A stretch of DNA of 56,711 bases from a virus (taxonomy: Duplodnaviria; Caudoviricetes): positions 1-56,711 of IMG/VR virus record IMGVR_UViG_3300024259_000040; one strand, 5' to 3'. The position numbers and the translations under genes were made by a program. Shown in pieces: positions 7,500 through 16,458 of the stretch. The notes below the pieces were generated by a model, which did not search any database, was not told the DNA's origin, and was given only the letters and a program-made list of their open reading frames with translations. Position 1 is the first letter of the stretch, and every line of letters begins with the position of its first letter.

Positions 7500-9855
7500 C
7501 GAGCTGGTAGACGCCCTGGACGACCCCGCCGACCTGCTCCTGCTGGCCGACGACCCCGTGGCCGTCGATCTGCTCAAGCGTCGCTACTATGCCTGGTCGA
7601 AGTGGGCCAGGGCCGATCAGCTACCACCCCCGGGCGACTGGACGATCTGGCTCATCCTCGCAGGGCGTGGATGGGGTAAGACGCGCACCGGCGCCGAGTG
7701 GGTCCGTCGCCGCGTCGAGCAGGAAGGGGCGCGCCATGTCGCCCTGATCGGCGAGACGGCGGCCGACGTGCGCGACGTGATGGTCGAAGGGGAGTCCGGT
7801 ATCCTGGCTATCTCCCCGCCGTGGAATATGCCCGACTATGAGCCGTCGAAGCGGCGCATCACCTGGCCCAACGGCGCGACGGCGACGACGTTCAGCGGCG
7901 ATGCCCCCGATCAGTTGAGAGGACCGCAATCGGATACCGCCTGGTGCGATGAGACATGTTTTGTTGCCGGGACGCAGATCGAGACGCACAGGGGGCTTAT
8001 TCCCATTGAGAAGATAGAGCCAGGAGTGCAGGTATGGACTCGCCGGGGTTGGCGATCTGTCAAGGCAGCCGGCCTGACGCGACGCAATGCGCCAGTATAT
8101 GAATTGCGAACCAGTGACGGCCGCCGTCTTGTGGGAACCGGAGAGCATCCGGTTTGGGTAGAAGGTGAAGGTTTTTTGCCCTTGCGTCGGTTGCACTATG
8201 GGAATACCCTTGAGGTATGGGACAATCAAACATTAAACAGAGCATCAAGTGGGGCGGCCGTCGATGGTGGCTCAATGGCGGCTACTACTGTAATCGCCGA
8301 GGGCAACTTTTGCATCGAGCGATTTACGCTGCAGCGCATGGCCCTATCCCCGAGGGCGTCGAGATTCACCACAAAGACGGCAATAAGACTAATAACGATC
8401 TGTCCAACCTCGAAGCCCTCTCCGGCACTGACCATAGGCGGAGACACTGCACTGGCTTTAAGCGTTGGGGTTTTGAGGATCGGAGTCAAGCTAAATTGCG
8501 GCAATGGGCGAATAGGGAGCCATATTTGGCCATCTGCGCTCAATGTGGCAAGGAGTTTTCCACTACGGGGACCAGGTCGAAGTATTGCTCGGGAAATTGC
8601 CGGTCGGCTCATTATAGGGAGACGGCCAGATTCTCGAACTCTGCAGTTTGCGAGTTCTGTGGAAAGGACTTCAAGACCTCCAAATACCAAGACCATCGCT
8701 TCTGTTCACGATCCTGCGCAACATCATCTGCGAATAACAAACGCGCCTATCAGCGCCGAAGAGGCAGTAAGGTCTGTCCGATATGCGGCGCGACCTTCCG
8801 AAAAGAAGATCCGCGCACGCAAACCTGCAGTCGAAAATGCGGCTACATCCTCGCCTCACGTAGTAAGCGTACGTCTTCTTAGTACCCCCCGAGCAGTTTA
8901 CAATCTCGAAGTTGAGGACCAGCCTGAGTATTACGCCAATGGCATACTAGTCCACAATTGTAAGTGGAAGTATGCATATGATGCCTGGTCAAATATGGAG
9001 ATGGGCCTGCGTCTCGGCGCACATCCCCGCTGCGTGGCCACCACCACCCCCCGCCCTATACCTCTTATACGTGAGCTAGTCGCCGACCCTGACTGCGTCG
9101 TCACCAAGGGCAACACCTACGACAACGAGCAAAACCTGGCGCAGCCGTTCATTCAGCGCGTGCTGCGTCGCTATGAGGGGACGCGCCTGGGTCGCCAGGA
9201 GCTGCACGCTGAGATACTGGACGATGTGGTTGGCGCGCTGTGGAGCCGTCAGCTCCTCGACAAGACGCGCCGCCGTGCGGCCGGCTACCTGCTGCGCGTC
9301 GCCGTTGGCGTCGATCCGCAAGGGACGAAGTCGCTCGATGAGGACGGCGGCGACAAGCATGAGACGGGTATCGTCGTCGCCGGCAAGGGGGTAGATGAGC
9401 AGGGCTACGTCCTGGGCGACTACTCGGGTAACTACTCGCCGAACGAGTGGGCCAGCGCCGCCATCAAGGCGTATCACGACCACGAAGCTAACTGTATCGT
9501 CGCCGAGGTCAACTATGGCGGTGATATGGTCGCTCATACGATCCGCACCGTCGATCCCACCGTCAATGTCGTCGTCGTGCGCGCCAGCCGGGGCGCTGGC
9601 AAAGCGCGCCGAGCCGAGCCGATCGTCTCCCTCTACGAGCAGGGCCGCGTCCACCATGTCGGCCTGCTGCCCGAGCTAGAGGATGAGATGTGTACGTGGA
9701 CCGAGGACGGCGGCCAGCCGTCGCCCAACCGCCTCGACGGCGCTGTGTGGGCGCTGTGGAAGCTGTTCATCGACGCCGACGAGGACTATCCGCACTACGA
9801 CCCCGGTCGGCACACCTACGCCGTGCCGGCGCCACAGACGAGGAGAGTCGCATGA
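7486..9855 (+). CDS. terL: Terminase large subunit, intein-containing
   Basis: Walker A AGRGWGKT, LRGPQ, Walker B WCDE, TTTP, GVDP, DETG-like HETG, PNRLDGAVW. Confidence 0.95.
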   Translation: MTAIDELVDALDDPADLLLLADDPVAVDLLKRRYYAWSKWARADQLPPPGDWTIWLILAGRGWGKTRTGAEWVRRRVEQEGARHVALIGETAADVRDVMVEGESGILAISPPWNMPDYEPSKRRITWPNGATATTFSGDAPDQLRGPQSDTAWCDETCFVAGTQIETHRGLIPIEKIEPGVQVWTRRGWRSVKAAGLTRRNAPVYELRTSDGRRLVGTGEHPVWVEGEGFLPLRRLHYGNTLEVWDNQTLNRASSGAAVDGGSMAATTVIAEGNFCIERFTLQRMALSPRASRFTTKTAIRLITICPTSKPSPALTIGGDTALALSVGVLRIGVKLNCGNGRIGSHIWPSALNVARSFPLRGPGRSIAREIAGRLIIGRRPDSRTLQFASSVERTSRPPNTKTIASVHDPAQHHLRITNAPISAEEAVRSVRYAARPSEKKIRARKPAVENAATSSPHVVSVRLLSTPRAVYNLEVEDQPEYYANGILVHNCKWKYAYDAWSNMEMGLRLGAHPRCVATTTPRPIPLIRELVADPDCVVTKGNTYDNEQNLAQPFIQRVLRRYEGTRLGRQELHAEILDDVVGALWSRQLLDKTRRRAAGYLLRVAVGVDPQGTKSLDEDGGDKHETGIVVAGKGVDEQGYVLGDYSGNYSPNEWASAAIKAYHDHEANCIVAEVNYGGDMVAHTIRTVDPTVNVVVVRASRGAGKARRAEPIVSLYEQGRVHHVGLLPELEDEMCTWTEDGGQPSPNRLDGAVWALWKLFIDADEDYPHYDPGRHTYAVPAPQTRRVA
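7957..8958 (+). mobile_element. Intein (334 aa) inserted just after the TerL Walker B motif
   Basis: Starts CFVAGTQI, block B GTGEHPVW, block F VYNLEVED, ends ILVHN/C; removal gives WCDET-CKWKY. Confidence 0.93.
8217..8882 (+). CDS. HNH homing endonuclease with C-terminal Zn-finger repeats, encoded in an alternative frame inside the intein
   Basis: LHRAIYAAAHGPIPEGVEIHHKDGNKTNNDLSNLEAL...H; three CxxC...(Y/F/T)CSxxC repeats. Confidence 0.88.
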   Translation: MGQSNIKQSIKWGGRRWWLNGGYYCNRRGQLLHRAIYAAAHGPIPEGVEIHHKDGNKTNNDLSNLEALSGTDHRRRHCTGFKRWGFEDRSQAKLRQWANREPYLAICAQCGKEFSTTGTRSKYCSGNCRSAHYRETARFSNSAVCEFCGKDFKTSKYQDHRFCSRSCATSSANNKRAYQRRRGSKVCPICGATFRKEDPRTQTCSRKCGYILASRSKRTSS

Positions 9856-10043
9856 ATCCGATAATGAAGTATTTCGACTATGAGCATTTACCCGCGCACC
9901 TGCAGGCCATCAGTCGGCCGATCTTCGCGATGGCCCACCAGATGAACGACGACCTGCCCGATTGCGCCGAGAAGTCTGCCGGCCTGCGGAAGCTACTCGA
10001 AGCGAAGGACTGCTTCGTTCGAGCGCGTCTGGACGATAGATAG
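9852..10043 (+). CDS. Small helical-hairpin phage protein
   Basis: AGGAG SD, ATGA coupling; YFDYEHLPAHLQAISRP...EKSAGLRKLLEAKDCFVRA. Confidence 0.75.
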   Translation: MNPIMKYFDYEHLPAHLQAISRPIFAMAHQMNDDLPDCAEKSAGLRKLLEAKDCFVRARLDDR

Positions 10044-10060
10044 CCGAGGAGGGCTGCATA

Positions 10061-10432
10061 ATGCAAAGACGGAGCGTGCTAAAAGGACTCGGCCTGGCGC
10101 TGTTGGCGCCGATCCCGGCGATACGGACGGTCGCCGAGGGGAGCGAGCTGGACGCCAAGGTCGAGGAATATGCCGGGCGATTTTTCCTGAGCGAGCGCGG
10201 CGGTCGCATGAACGACCACGTCCGTATCGTCGTTCGCGCCGAGGACGCCTGGGGCGACGTTTACGGACTGGCCCTTCGCATCGTGGACAAGAGCCGGGGC
10301 GTTCTTTGGAAACAGCCATTGAGTCTCCATAGGCCAGAATTCCGCGATATCGACCATCACCGCCAGATAACGCGCCAGATGATCCGCATGTTGGTCGAGT
10401 CCGTCCCGCAGGAGCTAGTGAGGTATCTATGA
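10061..10432 (+). CDS. Hypothetical protein with a twin-arginine-like N-terminus
   Basis: MQRRSVLKGLGLALLAPIPA. Confidence 0.6.
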   Translation: MQRRSVLKGLGLALLAPIPAIRTVAEGSELDAKVEEYAGRFFLSERGGRMNDHVRIVVRAEDAWGDVYGLALRIVDKSRGVLWKQPLSLHRPEFRDIDHHRQITRQMIRMLVESVPQELVRYL

Positions 10433-10692
10433 GCGACGAAAATCGAGAGGCACTGTGCGCGACTTGCGCCCATACTATCCGACTCGAATTCGACGGCGGC
10501 GAGAAGCAGACGCGTTGTGTGCTGCAGACCCATATCGAGTCCACGACGTTTCCCGACGGCGGCCGTTACACGCCAGGCTACAGTGGTAGTCATATTGGAG
10601 TAGTCGCGTGCAGTCGCTATGAGCGAGCGCCGGATATTGGGGAAATGCTCACTACGCTCAAATCCCTTGAGCCAAAGGAATCGCGCGCATGA
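10429..10692 (+). CDS. Small Cys-containing hypothetical protein
   Basis: GAGG SD, ATGA coupling, CATC...C...C. Confidence 0.6.
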   Translation: MSDENREALCATCAHTIRLEFDGGEKQTRCVLQTHIESTTFPDGGRYTPGYSGSHIGVVACSRYERAPDIGEMLTTLKSLEPKESRA

Positions 10693-10892
10693 GCAAGCGC
10701 GGCTATCTGCGCGACATGCAGCTCGCCTTTGGCCGTCCAGATCGGCGCCATGGGTGGAACCCTCACGTCGAGCTATTGCCCGGGGAGCAGTTCTTCCACC
10801 TCGATCCGTTCGTTGAAGCGTCCACTTTCCGCGCCGATGAGTTGATCCGTGTCTACGACCCCGAGAAGGAGCGTATCCTGCGATGGGAATAG
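10689..10892 (+). CDS. Hypothetical protein
   Basis: ATGA coupling. Confidence 0.55.
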   Translation: MSKRGYLRDMQLAFGRPDRRHGWNPHVELLPGEQFFHLDPFVEASTFRADELIRVYDPEKERILRWE

Positions 10893-11533
10893 CACCCGAC
10901 CCCGATGATTATATCGACCTGGCGCGCTGCCTGACGGCGCAGGCGTGGAAGCGCCTCTCCGGCGTCTCGACGCTGATCGAGTTCGATGACCTCCTCGGCT
11001 ATGCCACCGTCGGCCTGTGTGAGGCGTGCGCCAGCTACGACGACGAGCGCGGTGTTCTCTTCGAGACGTTCGCCGGAGCGCGCATACGCGGGGCCATACT
11101 GGACGGTCTGCGCGAGTGGGACCACTTACGGCGCGTCGATCGGCGGCGCGTCAAGGCTGGTTTGCAGGAGGCGCCGTCGTTTACGTCGCTCGATGCGCCG
11201 ATACGCGATCGCCACGAGGATACCTGGACGACGCTGGCTGACCAACTCGCCGGCGATCCGTCCGACCACCCCGACCAGCAGGCCGCCCAGCGCGAGCGCG
11301 CCGCGACGGTCGCCCACGCCGTCGAGCGCCTACCAGAGACGCTGGCCGACCTGGTGGACCTCCATTATTTCCACGAATATTCGCTCGCCGAGATAGCTCG
11401 GACGCACCGCGATGTGCGGACGCCGACGGGCGCGGCGCTCCTGCACCGCCAGGCCGCCCGCGAGCTGCGGCGTATCCTGCGGGAGCGGGAGAGCGAGACA
11501 ATCGCCGAAGAAGGCGAGAGGAAGTGCGCGTGA
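10883..11533 (+). CDS. Sigma-70 family RNA polymerase sigma factor, FliA/WhiG-like
   Basis: Region 2 DDLLGYATVGLCEACASYDDERGVLFETFAGARIRGAILDGLREWD; region 4 LPE...LHYFHEYSLAEIA. Confidence 0.85.
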   Translation: MGIAPDPDDYIDLARCLTAQAWKRLSGVSTLIEFDDLLGYATVGLCEACASYDDERGVLFETFAGARIRGAILDGLREWDHLRRVDRRRVKAGLQEAPSFTSLDAPIRDRHEDTWTTLADQLAGDPSDHPDQQAAQRERAATVAHAVERLPETLADLVDLHYFHEYSLAEIARTHRDVRTPTGAALLHRQAARELRRILRERESETIAEEGERKCA

Positions 11534-11715
11534 ACACCACGACTGACCCCTACCCGTCGCGCTATGGCGACCTGAAGCGCCTCGGCATCGCCCCGTCAAC
11601 GTCGCGCGTGTTCGCCTCGGCCTGCGACGATTGCCGGCGATACCACGGCTGCCAGCTCAAGCGCGAATACGTCGTCGTCCAGTGCGGGCGGCGCGAGACG
11701 ACAAAGGAGGAGTGA
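11530..11715 (+). CDS. Small Cys-rich hypothetical protein
   Basis: GTGA coupling; CDDC...C...C. Confidence 0.5.
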   Translation: MNTTTDPYPSRYGDLKRLGIAPSTSRVFASACDDCRRYHGCQLKREYVVVQCGRRETTKEE

Positions 11716-11716
11716 G

Positions 11717-12067
11717 ATGAGCGAGGAAGAGACGAGGAAGAATAGCGCGATAAAGTGCTGTGGGACTTGTCTCTCTCGGTTGGGTAAGGCCGACCGGGAG
11801 AACATGGCCTTTTGTAATGTTTTACAACATAAAACGCACTTCTCGGCCGCTTGTTTGGACTGGCAGCCGAAAACGTCGACCTGCCTCTGCGACGGCTGCG
11901 CCAAGGGCCAGAAGATGAAGTATAGCGACGGCGAGGTGGCGCGCCTGTGTCACTACTCGTCCAGTCGCATCGAGCCGTCCAGGTGTAACGGCAACTATCC
12001 CGACGATGGCGTGCCGGTGGTCGAGTGCGACCGCTTCGAGCCGCGCGACGGTCGATCGAGTGTATAA
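11717..12067 (+). CDS. Cys-rich hypothetical protein
   Basis: AGGAGG SD; two CxxC...C...C modules. Confidence 0.65.
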   Translation: MSEEETRKNSAIKCCGTCLSRLGKADRENMAFCNVLQHKTHFSAACLDWQPKTSTCLCDGCAKGQKMKYSDGEVARLCHYSSSRIEPSRCNGNYPDDGVPVVECDRFEPRDGRSSV

Positions 12068-12296
12068 CATCGTGCAGTTTATGCGCGATTGCGGCGCTTA
12101 TGCGCGGCCTGAAGACCCCCCGCGCCGTTGTGACTCCAAGCCGGAGACGACCGACGCCGGCGATGAGGCGCCTCTCTTTCGCGTGCGCGCCCTACGGCGC
12201 GAGGATGTGAAGAAGGCGAAGGTCTTGGAAGATCTGCTTAAATGGACAATCGAGCAGGAGGAGAGCGGCGACTTTAGAATCGACAAGGAGACATAA
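12060..12296 (+). CDS. Hypothetical protein (start uncertain)
   Basis: Fills the gap in the + strand gene run. Confidence 0.4.
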   Translation: MYNIVQFMRDCGAYARPEDPPRRCDSKPETTDAGDEAPLFRVRALRREDVKKAKVLEDLLKWTIEQEESGDFRIDKET

Positions 12297-12301
12297 GCCC
12301 C

Positions 12302-12565
12302 ATGAACATGACGACCCTCAAGCAGGACATCGCCCGCAAGATAGCCACTTACGGCGAGGCGCCCGTGACGCTATCGACGCTCAAGGCGGCCGGCGCGTCC
12401 GACGACCCTGACGCTGCCGGCAAGCGGTTGTGTGCCGGGACGGCCTGGACCTACGTCCACGACGGCTATAACGAGATGCTGGTAATTCGCCCGACGCCGC
12501 CAAAGAAGCCGATAAAGGAAAAGATTATCGACGCCATCACCCCGAACGGGAGTACCCAGCCATGA
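12302..12565 (+). CDS. Hypothetical protein
   Basis: AGGAG SD. Confidence 0.6.
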   Translation: MNMTTLKQDIARKIATYGEAPVTLSTLKAAGASDDPDAAGKRLCAGTAWTYVHDGYNEMLVIRPTPPKKPIKEKIIDAITPNGSTQP

Positions 12566-14052
12566 AACGTCGCCTCTTCGCTCTTATCGCCCTCTTCGCC
12601 CTGGTCGCCGCGCCTGCGTTTGCCGCTGACCAGTATAACCCCTACGTCGGGCCGACCAACAACGACTGGACGATCACCGTCCTCGATACGGATATAGGCA
12701 CGTCCTGGGAGGTTGTCTCTGCCGATACGGGCTTCACGCCGATGGCGACCGATACGACCGTCCTGGTGGCGTGGGCCGCTCAGAGCAAGCTCGACTCGCT
12801 CCGCACGGGCAACGACGGCGTCGGCGATGTGACCGGCGTGTTTACTATGGGCAGCACAGCCGACCAGTCGATCAACGCTAACTTCTTCCAAGATCGCGGC
12901 ACCGGCACGACCAGCTATGTCACGGCTGTCTTCGGCACGGCAGCGTCGCCGCGCTATAACGCTTACCTGACGCGCCAGCAAGATACCGACCTTGCCATGG
13001 GCGCGTCGTGGACGATCGCCGCGTTCGCGGGCGGGTGGAGCGCCGGCAACCCCGGCGTCGGCACGGTCCAGACGGTTTTCTCGGCGTTCGGATCGGCGGG
13101 TAGCAAGCAGGAGGTGCGCGTCGATTTTATGCCCGGGGGTTATATCACCGGCTACGTGACCGACGACGGTGGCTCGACAGCCGACTCCCTCGTCTATCCT
13201 TACGATGTCTACAACTCAGCCTATCATTTTATCACTTTCTCGTGCGCGTCCAGCACGTTACGGCTCCGCGTCGATAACGCTACGGCGCAGACCAAGGCGC
13301 TCGATAAGGCGCTCAACCCCCTCAATCAGCTCGATACGCTCACGGTCCTGGCCGCCAGCGCCGGCACTAATGACTTCCGGGGGCGCGTCGATGAGCTGTG
13401 GATCTTCGATGACCGCACCGCCGTCAATGCGGAGATGGAGGGTTACCTGTGGGACCGCTTCCTCTCAGCCAGCGGCTCGACGCCGGATAGTGCCGCCGTG
13501 CGCCTGTCCGGCCTGCTGGATGCCGACACGACCTACATAGAGAACCACAAGGTGATCGTCCCCCTGGCATCAGCAGGAGCATCCTCGGCTGACTGGACAG
13601 CGTTCGAGGCGGCCTGGCTCGATACGGAGGAGGTCAAGCCGCTCCTGGTCTTTACCGGCGGCGCCTCCCCTCGATCAGCGCTGCTCGACTCGATCCCCGG
13701 CGGCGAGCTGCACTACCCCGTCGCCCAGCGCTATTTCGGTAAGTATGACCGCCCGTTCCTCGGCGGCGTCTCGGCGGCGCTGACCGGCGACACGGACACG
13801 CTTCATGTCGAGCTGCGCGTCTACCCCGATTGGGCCGATGGGCGCGACAACACGGACGGTTTCTATGTCGTGTGGCGTGATCGCCTGACCAACGCCGCCC
13901 CACGCGCCGAGGCGCGCCTCAACGTCGATCTGCCGAAAAGCTCACTCCTGCAGGCATGGTCGAAGGGTAACACCGGCGCGCCCAACATCAACGGCGCTAT
14001 GCGTATCACGATCGACGGCAAGCGACACGAAAAGAAGGGGTGGTTCAGGTAA
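12562..14052 (+). CDS. Signal-peptide-bearing protein with a LamG/concanavalin-like domain (probable virion-surface protein)
   Basis: MKRRLFALIALFALVAAPAFA|; YHFITFS...LRLRVDN...FRGRVDELWIFD is LamG-like; 8 D(S/T)-hydrophobic sequons. Confidence 0.75.
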   Translation: MKRRLFALIALFALVAAPAFAADQYNPYVGPTNNDWTITVLDTDIGTSWEVVSADTGFTPMATDTTVLVAWAAQSKLDSLRTGNDGVGDVTGVFTMGSTADQSINANFFQDRGTGTTSYVTAVFGTAASPRYNAYLTRQQDTDLAMGASWTIAAFAGGWSAGNPGVGTVQTVFSAFGSAGSKQEVRVDFMPGGYITGYVTDDGGSTADSLVYPYDVYNSAYHFITFSCASSTLRLRVDNATAQTKALDKALNPLNQLDTLTVLAASAGTNDFRGRVDELWIFDDRTAVNAEMEGYLWDRFLSASGSTPDSAAVRLSGLLDADTTYIENHKVIVPLASAGASSADWTAFEAAWLDTEEVKPLLVFTGGASPRSALLDSIPGGELHYPVAQRYFGKYDRPFLGGVSAALTGDTDTLHVELRVYPDWADGRDNTDGFYVVWRDRLTNAAPRAEARLNVDLPKSSLLQAWSKGNTGAPNINGAMRITIDGKRHEKKGWFR

Positions 14053-14104
14053 GGTAGGATAACGCTCTCCCGTTCATTGTAATACCAGCCCGAAAGCCCG
14101 AGCC

Positions 14105-14371
14105 ATGAAGACTTTTAATGTCCCAGCGGCAGTTGCTGCGTCCACGCGCCGAGCGCGCATGAATAACGCGACTGTCGCTTTGGTATTGTATCCCGAGATG
14201 GCCGAGACGATCGACGGCGAGCTGGGCTGGTCCGACAACGACGGTTACGAGTTCGACCTGAAAGGTCTGTCGGCTCTGCACGACCGCGCCTTCATAGTAG
14301 GCTTCCTGCGCTATGTCGCCGATCAGTTCGAGCAGGCCGACGAGGACGACCTACGCACGGAGGACGACTGA
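14105..14371 (+). CDS. Hypothetical protein
   Basis: ORF with acidic C-terminus. Confidence 0.55.
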   Translation: MKTFNVPAAVAASTRRARMNNATVALVLYPEMAETIDGELGWSDNDGYEFDLKGLSALHDRAFIVGFLRYVADQFEQADEDDLRTEDD

Positions 14372-14372
14372 T

Positions 14373-14696
14373 ATGAAGATCCCAAAGCTACCGCGCCTTT
14401 GGATGCGCCCGCCGGCCCCCGACATCTACCGCAGCGCCCGGGACTTGAAGATCCCCCGCTATATGGGCCTGGCCTACGACGACGCCTATGGCGACCGAAC
14501 GCTATGGGTCGTGATGCCGTTCAACCTCGTCGTCCTCGCTGCGTCCTGGTGCTACTGGTCCATGCACTATCGGCGTCACCGCTGGCGCAGTTTGGCTCAG
14601 GCGGCCTACCATCGCGGGCGCGCGTCCGAGCTGCGTCGCCAGAGGAAGGCGCGAGACATGGAGTGGTCGGTTTTTAAGAAGGAACATCAGCTATGA
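14373..14696 (+). CDS. Hypothetical protein with one possible TM segment
   Basis: GGAGG SD. Confidence 0.6.
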   Translation: MKIPKLPRLWMRPPAPDIYRSARDLKIPRYMGLAYDDAYGDRTLWVVMPFNLVVLAASWCYWSMHYRRHRWRSLAQAAYHRGRASELRRQRKARDMEWSVFKKEHQL

Positions 14697-15007
14697 GCAA
14701 ATCCCGCGATACTGACACGACCAAGGCCGCGCTGGCGCTCCTGCGGCGCTACGACCGCTGGATCATCGTCGGCGAGGACGACGAGGGCCATACCGAGGTG
14801 CAGGACTGCGGCTACGAGACGCCGCGCGACGTGGCGCTGACGCTGGCCGCCTGCATCATGGAGCTGGAGCCGAAGATGGTCGACCTGCCGGCACCCAACG
14901 GCGCCACCACAGCGCCGAGCTGCGTCGTCTGCGGTACAATCGGTGGTTGCGACTGTGGGAAGAAGATCCTGGGCGACGTGGACCCGGTCACACTGGAGCC
15001 GCGATAG
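14693..15007 (+). CDS. Hypothetical protein with C-terminal CxxC...CxC
   Basis: ATGA coupling. Confidence 0.6.
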   Translation: MSKSRDTDTTKAALALLRRYDRWIIVGEDDEGHTEVQDCGYETPRDVALTLAACIMELEPKMVDLPAPNGATTAPSCVVCGTIGGCDCGKKILGDVDPVTLEPR

Positions 15008-15438
15008 TGTTCATCACCGCCGACCAGCTCCTCTGCCATCTCATAGGCGACTACCTGCTGCAGTCCGACTGGATGGCGCAGAAGAAAACGTCGTCCTGGT
15101 GGCCGGCGGCCTGTCACGGCATCGCCTACACCGTGCCGTTCCTCGCCTGGATGGTCCTCTTCTGGCCACCTCACCCGCCGTCCTGGGCGTCGCTGGCCGC
15201 TATCGCCGCGACGCATGCGCTCATCGACCGCTACCGTCTGGCGCGCTACGTCGTATGGCTGAAGGAGCGTCTGTCGCCGCGTCGCTGGTGGGTCCGCTGG
15301 GTCTACTGTCGCAAGACCGGCTACGACGAGCCGGGTCGGCCAGAGTATCTGACGACCTGGCTGGCTATCATCGCTGACAACACGCTCCACGCCGTCGTTA
15401 ACGGAATCGTCCTATGGGCGGCGTTTAACTACGGATAG
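15007..15438 (+). CDS. DUF3307-like membrane protein
   Basis: QLLCHLIGDYLLQSDWMAQKK...H...THALID...IIADNTLH. Confidence 0.8.
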   Translation: MFITADQLLCHLIGDYLLQSDWMAQKKTSSWWPAACHGIAYTVPFLAWMVLFWPPHPPSWASLAAIAATHALIDRYRLARYVVWLKERLSPRRWWVRWVYCRKTGYDEPGRPEYLTTWLAIIADNTLHAVVNGIVLWAAFNYG

Positions 15439-15448
15439 GAAGGATATT

Positions 15449-15754
15449 ATGGCCAAGTATCGCAAGAAGCCCGTCGTGATCGAGGCGACGCAGTGGTGCG
15501 AGAATGGCGATCATCCCGAGGATGGCGACGACCCGAACGTCGAGGGGAAGGTCGTGCGCTACTTCAGGCACCCGACGAAAATGGGTTGGCATAAGTGCGA
15601 ACACTGTGGCGCGTTGATGAACGACCACGGTTGGATCGACACGCTCGAAGGGGGGCATACCGTCTGCCCGGGCGATTGGATCTTGACCGGCGTCCAGGGC
15701 GAGCGGTATCCCTGTAAACCGGAGATATTCCAGGCGACCTATGATGCGGTTTGA
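15449..15754 (+). CDS. Widespread small phage protein (RKKPVVIEA...TLEG...GDW...YPCKP family)
   Basis: AGGA SD; motifs as named. Confidence 0.85.
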   Translation: MAKYRKKPVVIEATQWCENGDHPEDGDDPNVEGKVVRYFRHPTKMGWHKCEHCGALMNDHGWIDTLEGGHTVCPGDWILTGVQGERYPCKPEIFQATYDAV

Positions 15755-16055
15755 CCCCAAGCGCCTGCAGTCGCTCGGCTGGGTCTTCCTCGTCGTCGCT
15801 CTCGGCCTGGCGCTCCACCTGACACAGGTCCAGCCGATACAGCCGCCGAATCAGGGGACACAATACGCCTTCTTCGACCTGTCGAGCGCCGACATGACGA
15901 TGGCCGACGGCTTCCTCGACACGCTGGCGGCCCAACGGGCGCGCGGCGAGCTGGTGACGATCGAGTATGGCGACCGCTACGTCCACGGCCCTATCGTGAC
16001 GCTCAACGCCGACTCGCTGGTGATCGGCATCGTCGCTGCGGGGTATCGGCGATGA
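15741..16055 (+). CDS. Membrane-anchored or exported small protein
   Basis: N-terminal hydrophobic helix LGWVFLVVALGLAL; DTL and DSL sequons. Confidence 0.6.
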   Translation: MMRFDPKRLQSLGWVFLVVALGLALHLTQVQPIQPPNQGTQYAFFDLSSADMTMADGFLDTLAAQRARGELVTIEYGDRYVHGPIVTLNADSLVIGIVAAGYRR

Positions 16056-16267
16056 ACCACCTGCAACGCCGCGAGATGCCGACGGCGCGCGATAACCTGC
16101 GCCGCCACCTGGGCGCCGACCGCTACGACGAGATCGCCGCCATGATGGCCGAACACCCGGGCGGCCTACGTTTGGTGACGCCGGCCAGCGGAACGCCGCT
16201 GTCGATGGACGAGGCGCATTTCTGCCTGGAGTATCGGGAGGTGTTTCTGTCGAAGGAGGAAGGATGA
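16052..16267 (+). CDS. Hypothetical protein
   Basis: ATGA coupling. Confidence 0.6.
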   Translation: MNHLQRREMPTARDNLRRHLGADRYDEIAAMMAEHPGGLRLVTPASGTPLSMDEAHFCLEYREVFLSKEEG

Positions 16268-16458
16268 TACAACTACAATTAATAGACGATGAGCTTGAGC
16301 GCTGTGGATGCCTCTATATAGATCCCAATGAGGTTGAAAGCATTGAAACCAACAGCGTTTACGCGGTAATATATTCGAAAGCCGGTCACACTCACCAAAT
16401 CACGAAGGATAGCGAGATGTTTATCCTGCCGATCTGCATGGGGTTAGGTAGGCAATGA
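16264..16458 (+). CDS. Hypothetical protein (AT-richer insert)
   Basis: GGAGG SD, ATGA coupling. Confidence 0.55.
   Translation: MIQLQLIDDELERCGCLYIDPNEVESIETNSVYAVIYSKAGHTHQITKDSEMFILPICMGLGRQ

Noticed and set aside
8170-8213. Slippery T-run (GGTTTTTTG) as a -1 frameshift linking the intein N-terminus to the HNH frame
   Set aside because: The shifted frame hits TGA at 8211-8213 before the HNH ATG at 8217
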